This document shows, piece after piece, positions 21,623 to 30,400 of a DNA stretch of 64,000 nt (within the stretch, counting starts at the first letter, position 1; every line of letters starts with the position of its first letter). The stretch is from Myxococcota bacterium. Lineage in GTDB: Bacteria; Myxococcota_A; UBA9160; UBA4427. The stretch spans positions 2,974-66,973 of the forward strand of contig JBDNFB010000227.1 in NCBI GenBank assembly GCA_041690055.1. The letters run 5' to 3'. The notes beneath the pieces are model-generated. The model saw only the letters and a list, made by a program, of their open reading frames with translations, ran no database searches and was not told where the DNA came from. Both the position numbers and the translations under genes were made by a program.

Positions 21623-23587
21623 ATGACCTTTTCGCCCAAGGTCTGGGGTGACGCTTTGCGCCGCCTTCAGAATGACATTCCCGACTTTGTATTCGATGCC
21701 TGGATTGCGCCGCTCCAGGTCAAGCTGGCAACGAATCGCATCGTGCTCGGCTGCCCGACGTCTTTTCATTGCGATCGCGTTCGCATGCATCACGCCGAAG
21801 CGATCAAGCAAAGCGTGCAAGAACTGACGGGAACCCGTCCGCAACTTGAGATCCTGCCCCTCTCGGAATTCGCCGCGGCCGCGGGCCTGACTTATGACAC
21901 GCTCAGCGGACACGCAGCCCAGCATCTGAACGAGGCAGCCGGACAAGAAGAAACCCTGCGAGAAGAGCTCCGGCAGCCACTCCGCGTCGCGTCCGGGGAA
22001 CACGTGCAGGCGCAGGCCCTGGCTGGCGGAGGCACGGGCAGCGCGCGCACCATGCCGCTCGCGCCTTCTGCCTTCGCATCCCCCTCTGCATCCCCCTCTG
22101 CATCCCCCTCTGCATCCCCCTCTGCATCTTCTTACGCGCCTTCGACCGCCGCGTTTTCATCGCAGTCTCCCGACTCGCCGCTCGCCTTTGCCTCTGCCTC
22201 GCTCTCCGCGCAGGAAAAAGCTGAGCGCGAAGCGAAGGGCCTGTATTCAGTGCCCTCATCCGTTTCCTCAACAATGCCCGCACAAAAGCCCTCTAAGGCG
22301 CGACGGGTCTCAGCAAGACCGGCAACCGCCAGCGTGGCCGGCAAGCGCGCGGGAGCCCCTTCCCGAACCGCTCACTCTGCCCCACGTACCCGTGAGGAAG
22401 ACCTCGCACTCTCGCTCGACGGCACGCCCGCTCAGGGCGAACTGCCCTTCAGCTTTGAGAGTTTCGTGGTCGGCCCCTGCAACTCGCTCGCTCGCGAAGC
22501 GGCGCTCGCTCTCGCCCGGCAGCGTCAGCGAAGCCTGAACCAGATTTATCTCGGCGGAGAAGCGGGCATGGGCAAGACCCACCTCGCTCGCGCCACCGCC
22601 ATCGAAGCGCGGCGACATCTCAATCTGAGCTCGTCGTTTTCGGGCGGCTCCTTTGCCCACACCAATGCCCGCGCCCATGCCAACGCGCGCGGTTCGGGCG
22701 GCGCACAGGGCGGCTCCGTCAGACCTGGCATCGTCTACACGTCAGCCGAGCAGTTCACAAGCGAGTTCGTCTCGGCCATGCGTCATGGTCGATCCGATGA
22801 GTTTAAGAAGCGATACCGAGGCCCCATAGGCCTCTTGATCGTCGAGGACGTGCAGTCCTTTCAGGGCCGCGCCAAGACTCAGCTTGAGCTGTTCAACACG
22901 ATCGAGCATGTGCTCGATGCCGGTGGTCGCGTCATGCTCACGGGCGATCGCTCGCCGCGTGATCTGGGCGCCCTTGATCCCCGCATGCGCGAACAGCTTG
23001 GCCGAGGCTTTGTCGCCGAACTCGAAGCCCCCGATGCGCTCGTGCGCCGACATCTTCTGCGCGCGAAAGCGGCGGCCGGCGGCGTTCACCTTCCCGACGA
23101 TTGCCTTGACCTCCTCGTCGAATCCACAAACGGCAGCGTTCGAGATATCGAAAGCGTGCTGATCCAGGTCGTCGCGACCTCCTCGCTCCTCGGTCGCGCG
23201 ATCGACCTCGACCTGACCCGCGAAGCCGTGGCGCTGAAATCCGGAGCCGGCTCGTCGCTCGCTCCGAAGACGATCGCCGTCAGCGAGATCGTCCGCATCG
23301 TCTCCGCTTTCTTCGGCAAGCGACCCGAGGCCCTCGCGTCGCGTTCCCGCCGGCGCGATGTACTCATCCCGCGGCAGCTCGCGATGTACCTCGCCCATCG
23401 ATACACGGACGCTTCGTTCACGGAAATCGGTAGAGGCCTCGGCCGTGATCACCCGGCCGTGCGCAACGCGATCCAGCGCATCGAGCGGCTTGTCCTCGAA
23501 AACGCTCCGCTTCGGTATCAGGTCGAAGCGCTCTCCGAGCGAATCGACCAGACGCTTAAGAACCAGGCCGCAGACAGCACGCGATAG
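21623..23587 (+). CDS. dnaA: DnaA-family protein (divergent paralog with a long linker)
   Basis: Domain I (FDAWIAPL), FESFVVGPCN, Walker A GEAGMGKTHL, YTSAEQF, SVRDIES, domain IV PRQLAMYL...EIGR.LGRDH. No dnaN, recF or gyrB nearby. Confidence 0.85.
   Translation: MTFSPKVWGDALRRLQNDIPDFVFDAWIAPLQVKLATNRIVLGCPTSFHCDRVRMHHAEAIKQSVQELTGTRPQLEILPLSEFAAAAGLTYDTLSGHAAQHLNEAAGQEETLREELRQPLRVASGEHVQAQALAGGGTGSARTMPLAPSAFASPSASPSASPSASPSASSYAPSTAAFSSQSPDSPLAFASASLSAQEKAEREAKGLYSVPSSVSSTMPAQKPSKARRVSARPATASVAGKRAGAPSRTAHSAPRTREEDLALSLDGTPAQGELPFSFESFVVGPCNSLAREAALALARQRQRSLNQIYLGGEAGMGKTHLARATAIEARRHLNLSSSFSGGSFAHTNARAHANARGSGGAQGGSVRPGIVYTSAEQFTSEFVSAMRHGRSDEFKKRYRGPIGLLIVEDVQSFQGRAKTQLELFNTIEHVLDAGGRVMLTGDRSPRDLGALDPRMREQLGRGFVAELEAPDALVRRHLLRAKAAAGGVHLPDDCLDLLVESTNGSVRDIESVLIQVVATSSLLGRAIDLDLTREAVALKSGAGSSLAPKTIAVSEIVRIVSAFFGKRPEALASRSRRRDVLIPRQLAMYLAHRYTDASFTEIGRGLGRDHPAVRNAIQRIERLVLENAPLRYQVEALSERIDQTLKNQAADSTR
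22076..22128 (+). repeat. 12-bp tandem repeat x4 (ASPS) in the DnaA linker
   Basis: gcatccccctct x4. Confidence 0.9.
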
Positions 23588-23610
23588 TTTTTCGCTAATC
23601 GCGGAAAAAG
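23588..23610. terminator. Possible bidirectional terminator between the convergent dnaA-like and cofH genes
   Basis: tttttcgc-taatc-gcggaaaaa hairpin with T/A flanks. Confidence 0.35.
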
Positions 23611-23695
23611 GCGAAGCGCTCTCGACTCTTCATCTGCACTAAGTCCGCCTTAGCTCGGCCTCGTGTCGCGAGTCGCGAAGTTGACTAGGCAATCG

Positions 23696-24955
23696 CTAAA
23701 CCACCGGAAGCGCAGCAGTCTCCGGCTGCGATTCGCGCGCCTTCTCCAACGATGTTCGCCAACGCGCCGGTCCCGATAGATCCACCACTGCCTCGGGTTC
23801 GAGGGAAGGCGGATCGAGCGCGGGGTCTTCGAATCGCTGCACAGTTTTGTAGAGCGTCGTCCGCTCCACGGGCACGCGGCCGAGTTCGCGAATCAGGCGG
23901 CGGAACTCTTCGGGCGGCGTATTCTCGCCATGGTCCGCGCCAGACTCGCGACTGATCGATTCCTCCATCAGTGTGCCGCCGAAATCATTCGCACCCGCAC
24001 TCAGCGCCATCTGACCCAGCTTATGTCCCATCTTGACCCACGAGACCTGGATATTCGTAAACCAGGGCCGCAAGAAGAGACGCGACACCGCGATGATCCG
24101 CAGATCCTCTTCCATCGAAGGGCCGGGCCTTGAGCCAAGCAGGTTGTAGAGCAGATTCCGCTCGTGGATAAAGCCAAGCGGCACGAATTCGGTGAAGCCG
24201 CCGGTCTCTTTTTGGATCTCGCGCAAGAGGTCGAGATGGCCCGCAATATGATGTGGCTTCTCGATATGACCGTACATGAGCGTCGAGGTAGACCGCAGGC
24301 CGATGCCATGCGCCGCCTTGATGATCTCGACCCAGCGATCGGTCTTCAGCTTGTTAGGCGAAAGGATGTCGCGGATCTCGTCGTCAAGAATCTCGGCCGC
24401 CGTTCCAGGCATGGTTCCGAGTCCCGCGTCGACGAGCCATTGCAGATAGTCCGAGAGCTCCATCCCGCTCTTTTTATGCGCGAAATCCATCTCTTCGGGC
24501 GAATAGGCGTGGATATGAAGGTCTGGATACTCGGCCTTTACCGCTTTGAGAATATCGCGGTAATGCTCGTGGTTTTTGTTGGGATGGATCCCGCCCTGGA
24601 TGCAGACTTCCGTGGCGCCTCGCTCAATGGCGTTCTGACATTTTTCGAGGATCTCTTCGTGGCTGCGGTCGAAGGCTTCTTCTTTGTCGTCCTTGTGCCG
24701 GGCGAAGCCGCAGAACGAACAACCGACATAACACACGTTCGTGAAGTTGATATTCCGACAAACGACGTAGGTCACGTCATCGCCGCAGTCTCGCTTCCGA
24801 GCGAGGTCGGCTGCAGCAATCAGAGCGTGGAAGTCGAGCCCTTGAACGGTAAGAAGCCGTTCGGCGTCCTTCGCCGAAAGCTCTTTGCCATCAAGCGCAC
24901 CTTCAAGAAGGCTGCGCACATCACTCGAAACAGCAGCGGTAAGTTGTTCAAACAT
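23696..24955 (-). CDS. cofH: FO synthase subunit CofH (radical SAM)
   Basis: VTYVVCRNINFTNVCYVGCSFC, EVCIQGGIHP, PGTAAEILDD, NIQVSWVK.G, GANDFGGTLMEESISR; adjacent to cofG. Confidence 0.9.
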   Translation of the reverse strand: MFEQLTAAVSSDVRSLLEGALDGKELSAKDAERLLTVQGLDFHALIAAADLARKRDCGDDVTYVVCRNINFTNVCYVGCSFCGFARHKDDKEEAFDRSHEEILEKCQNAIERGATEVCIQGGIHPNKNHEHYRDILKAVKAEYPDLHIHAYSPEEMDFAHKKSGMELSDYLQWLVDAGLGTMPGTAAEILDDEIRDILSPNKLKTDRWVEIIKAAHGIGLRSTSTLMYGHIEKPHHIAGHLDLLREIQKETGGFTEFVPLGFIHERNLLYNLLGSRPGPSMEEDLRIIAVSRLFLRPWFTNIQVSWVKMGHKLGQMALSAGANDFGGTLMEESISRESGADHGENTPPEEFRRLIRELGRVPVERTTLYKTVQRFEDPALDPPSLEPEAVVDLSGPARWRTSLEKARESQPETAALPVV

Positions 24956-24956
24956 C

Positions 24957-26348
24957 TCAAGCGGCCTCCTCGTCGGACTGGTTGTTCTTCCGCTGCGCGT
25001 AGCCCTCGTCGTTGGCGTATTTCGGCAGCAGTGCCCGCATCTGCGGGTCAAAGAATTCGGGACGTTCGAGGATCCAGTCCGGATAGACGGGACCTCGTTC
25101 AAAAAGTTCGAAGCCGGCGGCCTCAGTATCCTCGCGCAACTGGCGCAAAGCAGGCCAGGGCGCTTCGGGATTGATAAAATCGACGGTGATCGGCGAAACG
25201 CCGCCCCAGTCATCCACGCCCGCCTTCAGCAGACGCGGGAGCATGTCGGCTCCAAGGTTCGGCGGCGCCTGGACATGCACTTCGCGGGGCAAGATCAGCC
25301 GCGCAAGCGCGACCCAACCCACCACCTGGTCATCTTTGAGGGGCGAAGCTGCGCGCATCTTCGTGCCCGGCTTGGGATGGAAAGGCTGGATGATCGCTTC
25401 CTGGATATGGCCGTAGCGGAGCGCAAGATCGCGGATCACCCAGAGCGTATCGACGCGCTCCGCATTGTTCTCGCCGATCCCGAGCAGCATGCCGCTGGTG
25501 AACGGAATCTTCAGCTCGCCCGCCTCTTCATGCATTTTGATACGCGTCGCAGGCTCTTTATCCGGCGCGTGAAAATGCGGCATCCCCTTCTCACGCAAGC
25601 GCCTACTCGTAGTCTCGAGCATCAGCCCCATCGAGGCATTATACGGCCGCAGCCGCGCCATCTCTTCTTTCGTGAGGATGCCCGCGTTCGTATGCGGAAG
25701 CATGCCCTTCTCGATCGTCTTCTTGCAGGCCTCCACAATCAGATCCGTCGTACTTGTTAGGCCACGTTCCGTCAGCATCTCGCGGTAGCTGCCATAAGCC
25801 ACCTCAGGCTTATCGCCGAGGCACATCAAGGCCTCCACGCATCCCGTCGCGACACCGCCGCGAACGACCTCTGCCACTTCCTCAATGCTGTAGGTATGTG
25901 CTTCCGCGGAATCGGGCTGTTTCGCAAACGTGCAATAGGTGCAGCGATTGCGGCAGAGATTCGTCAGCGGGATAAAAATATTTCGTGAGACCGTCACGCG
26001 TTCGCCGGTCTGCGCGACTTTGATTGCGCGCGCGCCGCGGCAGAGCGCGTCGAGGATTTCCGCGTCCGCGAAATGTTCGGAAAGGATCTCGGCCTGCTCG
26101 CGTGAGAGCAACGCGACGCCTTGGACTACGTCTTCTACCCAGGCCTCCACCTCAGAAACGGCGGGGGGAACACCAGGGCGAGCCAACGCGTCGCGAGCGC
26201 CGAGCGGGGCGCCGGCTTTGCGGGTCGAGTTCTCTGGTTCTGGGTTTTGCGCGTTCGGCAAAAGGGGGACTCCGAGGGATCCGGTCGAGCTGATCAGAAT
26301 AGGGCGGGCGCACTCTAGAGCATCACACAGGCGCGCTGCCTTCCGCAA
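24957..26348 (-). CDS. cofG: FO synthase subunit CofG (radical SAM); start uncertain (~26150-26350)
   Basis: SRNIFIPLTNLCRNRCTYC, PHTNAG, SMGLMLE, PDKEP, FTSG.L.GIGE, QAPPNL, DDWGGVSP.T.DFINPE.PWP. Confidence 0.92.
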   Translation of the reverse strand: MRKAARLCDALECARPILISSTGSLGVPLLPNAQNPEPENSTRKAGAPLGARDALARPGVPPAVSEVEAWVEDVVQGVALLSREQAEILSEHFADAEILDALCRGARAIKVAQTGERVTVSRNIFIPLTNLCRNRCTYCTFAKQPDSAEAHTYSIEEVAEVVRGGVATGCVEALMCLGDKPEVAYGSYREMLTERGLTSTTDLIVEACKKTIEKGMLPHTNAGILTKEEMARLRPYNASMGLMLETTSRRLREKGMPHFHAPDKEPATRIKMHEEAGELKIPFTSGMLLGIGENNAERVDTLWVIRDLALRYGHIQEAIIQPFHPKPGTKMRAASPLKDDQVVGWVALARLILPREVHVQAPPNLGADMLPRLLKAGVDDWGGVSPITVDFINPEAPWPALRQLREDTEAAGFELFERGPVYPDWILERPEFFDPQMRALLPKYANDEGYAQRKNNQSDEEAA

Positions 26349-26427
26349 TCAAGACGGATTCGGCGACCCAGAGGCCCACGACCGTATCATAGCGAAGCCC
26401 GTAACTGTCCGGAATGCTGAGAGATTG

Positions 26428-27468
26428 CTACCCCTCTAGACGGTCGGGGTTCCCCCCGGGCGATACGAGTTCCCCCTTGGCCGGAGCTCCGTCCTCTTCT
26501 CGTGGCTGCGTCCGCCAGCGACGATGGGTCCAGATCCACTGACTCGGCTCCGCCCGAATCGCCGCTTCGATGGCCTCCGTGACGCGCTGCACATTGGCGC
26601 GAATCGCTTGCGCGGGATCGGCGGCGTTCGAAACGAGCGGAATCGCAGGACCGATCTCGACGCGATGCCCCTGGCCGTTCGCGCCGCGCCGGATGAAGGC
26701 GGGCACGATCGGAACGTTCCGGGCCATCGCCAATTCGACCGGCCCCGAGCGCGTACTCGCCAGACGCCCGAAGAACGAAACGAACACTCCCTCTTCGCGC
26801 TTCGCGTCTTGGTCGAGCAGCGTAATCACTTTCCTCCCCGACTCGAGCGCGCGCACAACCGGCAAACCCGCATGCCCCATCCGAATCTGCTGCACCGAAG
26901 AAGCGTCGCCCGCGCCCTTTTCCCCGATCGTGCGCCCTCGAAGATCCAAGAGGACCTGGTCGAGAGCGGGCTCTCGGAGACCGCGGTAGACGACGGAAAC
27001 CGGAATGCCCAGGGCCGCGACTTTCGCACAAGCCAGTTCCCAGTTGCCAAGATGTGCCGTCACGACCAAAACGCCACCGCGTTCGGTCTGCGCTTCCGCC
27101 GCGCGGAGATGTTCGAGTCCTTCTACTTCGACTTGATCCAGCAAGGCGGCTGCCCTTGCGCCTCTCAAGGCGAGCAGTTCGACGAGTCCCTGCGCGAGAT
27201 GTTCGAAGACACCGCGCGTCCAAGCCTCATGATCGCGCGGGGAATGCGTCGGAAACGCGGTCGCCAGCTGCGCTCGAACCCGTCCGGTGCGCGGCGCGGA
27301 GAGCGCAGCCCACCCGCGCCCGAACCCGCGCGCGAGTGCCGCGCTCGCCGAAAGCGGAATTCGCTCCACGATCCAGGTCAGCCCATCGATCAAGCCAGAA
27401 AGAAGTCGGCTCCGCAGCGAACGCTCGGACGCTTCGCGACCCGTCGACCCTGCGCCTGGAGCGCCCAC
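26428..27468 (-). CDS. Lysophospholipid / lipid A late acyltransferase (LpxL/HtrB family)
   Basis: TAHLGNWE, LDQD, V.FFG, PSQWIWTHRRW; starts 14 nt after the carboxylase stop. Confidence 0.88.
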   Translation of the reverse strand: MGAPGAGSTGREASERSLRSRLLSGLIDGLTWIVERIPLSASAALARGFGRGWAALSAPRTGRVRAQLATAFPTHSPRDHEAWTRGVFEHLAQGLVELLALRGARAAALLDQVEVEGLEHLRAAEAQTERGGVLVVTAHLGNWELACAKVAALGIPVSVVYRGLREPALDQVLLDLRGRTIGEKGAGDASSVQQIRMGHAGLPVVRALESGRKVITLLDQDAKREEGVFVSFFGRLASTRSGPVELAMARNVPIVPAFIRRGANGQGHRVEIGPAIPLVSNAADPAQAIRANVQRVTEAIEAAIRAEPSQWIWTHRRWRTQPREEDGAPAKGELVSPGGNPDRLEG

Positions 27469-27482
27469 GCTCCAGCCCCTCC

Positions 27483-30400
27483 TCAGCGACCTGAGAGAGA
27501 GGCTTCGAGCGAATGAATCACGGCCGCACGCAAATCCGATGGATCGAGAATCTCGGACAGCGATCCCACTTCCCGCGCGCGATTGACGTTATGCACGGCA
27601 TCAAACTCGGCCGCCACCGAAGCCTGCTTTTCGAGCGTGACTTCTGTCAGCACGTCTTCGAGCTCCGCGCGATGCTCTTCCGTCGGATGTCGCCGGGCCT
27701 GCTCGGTCTTGTCCTTCACCCGAGGATCATCGAGCGCCTGCGCCCGCACCTCGCGACTGAACACCACCGCCGCCGCCGGCCCGCCGCCGATCACCGAAGC
27801 GTAGGAACCCGAAAGGGCGACCGCCTTCATTTCATCGTTTAGCTCCTGGGAGAAGACCACGTAGGCCCCGCCGTGGTAGCGAGAGACGACCGCGAAATAG
27901 ATCGGCCCGGCAAAGTTCACGACCGCGCGCGCAATCTCCGCGCCGTTTTCAAGCTGAATCTTGCGCAGCGATTCCGGCGAGCCATCAAAGCCCGACAAGT
28001 TCGCGAGCACGACAACTGGCCGATTTCCGCTCGCCGAATTAATCGCGCGAGCGACTTTCTTCGAGGACTGCGGAAAGAGCGTGCCGCCGTTCCAGGACTC
28101 GGGCCCGTCCGCCGGGTGGTAGCCGTCGCGGGGCACGTTGCGGCTCTCGATGCCGATAAGCAAAACCGGCTGACCGCCGACATGCGCATCCCAGACAATC
28201 GCTGTCTCGGCACCTACCCAGGCATTCCATCGTTCAAGGTACCCGCCGTCCTGGTCAACGAGCGCGTTCATCACTGCGCGCATAGCGAAAGGCCGTTTGC
28301 GTCCCGGATTCGTTTCATCGTCGAAGAGTTCACCGACCGTCTTGAGACCATCCGCATCGGTCTCACCAATCGTCATCTCGCCAATCGAGCGCGCCCGTGG
28401 ATCTTCAGTCGCAAATGCCCGCGGCCCTGCCTCGCCCGGCACCACATACGTGAAGCGGTAGTGCTCGTACAAGATGCGGTAGGCATCAGCGAGGTTCCGC
28501 GCGTAGTACTGCGCCTCACCATTCGGCCCCATGATCCGCTCAAAGCCGCCGATGGCGATTTCGTCTTCTGCCGAAACAGCGCCCGAAGCTTCGAGCGCCG
28601 CGCGTCCAGTCAGGACCATCGACGCGTTCTGCGTCATGATCAGGACACCACGCGTATGCATGAGCATTGTCGAAAGAGCGTCGAAGTAACTTTGCGCTCC
28701 GACGTTGACGCCTTGAACGATGATATGAACGATGCCGCCGGTCTGTGTAAACGTTACTATGCGTCGGACGACCCGAGCCGTCGCATCGAGGTTCTCGGTG
28801 CCGCTATCCATCGCGATCTTCGCACCCGAAGAAACGGGCACCCACTCGAGCGGCACGCCTTCTTTCTCGGCGAGATCGAAAGCGGCCACAAGTCGATCGC
28901 ATTCCGGCGCCGACAAAGCGCCCATGCCCATCGTCGGATCTGACAGCACGAGTACGCGCTGCATGCCTTCCGGGACTTTTTCAGTCGGCGTACGAATCAG
29001 GCCAAACACAACCGCCGAAGTGTTCTGGCCTGGCGGCCTCGACGCAACGCTCATGGCGCGCGGCGTCTTGCTTTCCGGATCCAAGTCGAACTCTTCGAAA
29101 GAGCCTTCTGTGCGCTCTCCTTCCGAGGTTTCCCCCGTCAGCATCTTCACGATCTCATACGGATAGATCAGACGACGTCGGCGTGCGGCAACAACCTTCC
29201 GCTCGTATTCCTGCGCGGGGGCAAGAGGCGCGTGATGCGGATTTCGCCAAGTCGTCTCGAGCTGCTCGCCGGTATCTGAAATCACGAGTTCGCAGGCTTC
29301 CGCCGGTTCGTCTGGATTCTCGCGATCGAGTCGATTGAGTTTGACGATCACTTTCTCGAGGCCTAGATGACGGGTCGCGGGGGCAAGCCTGCGTGCCACG
29401 TCACTCGCTACTTCCGCGTCCACAAAAACCTCAGGCGCTACGAAGATCGCGATGCGATTCCATTGCAGCCGCCTTCGCGGATCGTTGGTTTGCAAGATCG
29501 TCCGAAGGCGGCGGGCCGCGCGGTTGAAGACGCGCTCGAAGGTCCCGAGATGATGAGAGAGCTCGCGACCCGGCTCTGGCGATCGATCGCGCGCATCAGC
29601 CAACACGAAAATGCGTTCGTCGCCGGGCGCATTGCGAGCGCGACCGTGGAAGGCGTAGATGCCTTCCTCGGACTGCAGGCGATCAAGATCGAAAGCCGCA
29701 TAGCGATCGAGCGCGATGCGTCCCGCGGTTTCCGGATGCAGATCATGATGTTCGTAGGCTCGCTCGATCTGTCCTTCGCGACGCACGAGCGTCCGGTAGA
29801 CGTCTCCTTCGCCGTCAGAGGTGAGCAATCCGACCGTGATCCGCCAACCGAAATCGACATCGGCATAAGCGGTTTCGATTTCGCCAAGCGTCTCGTCCCA
29901 GTCAAGACCCCCAGCGCGCTCCTCTTCGCTCGTCGCAGGAATCAAAAACTCAAGCGCTGTAATGGGCGTTCCCGGATCGCGCTCAAGGAGCGTTGCGGCG
30001 CCGCGCATAAGCCGGTCCATCCAAACCCCGAGTTCCGAGGCCTCTCCCGTCGCGGCCAACACAACACCCTTGCCTCGGTACTCCACGCAATGAATCGGTT
30101 CGTCATCCACACGAACTGCCCGATAGGCCTCAGGCGTACTCGGCGCATATCGTCTCTGAACATGGGCAGCGAGAGCAATCGCACGCCGATTCGAATCTTC
30201 TCCGCCGATCCAACGGCCCACCCGCTCAAAGACCATACGCGGCGAAGAAGCGACCTCGAGCAGCACGTCACCGGGCGGCGCCACAGCGTCCATCTCGGCT
30301 ACGGCCAACCATTCTTCGACCGTGCTCGAGGAACGCTTCGCGCGTTCTTCGATGCCCGGCTCCTGGAAAATGACGTACGAAGCTTCAAGCGCCGCATCCG

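Noticed and set aside
23696-24955. MqnC/MqnE (futalosine pathway)
   Set aside because: Adjacent cofG and the GGTLMEESISR motif favour CofH
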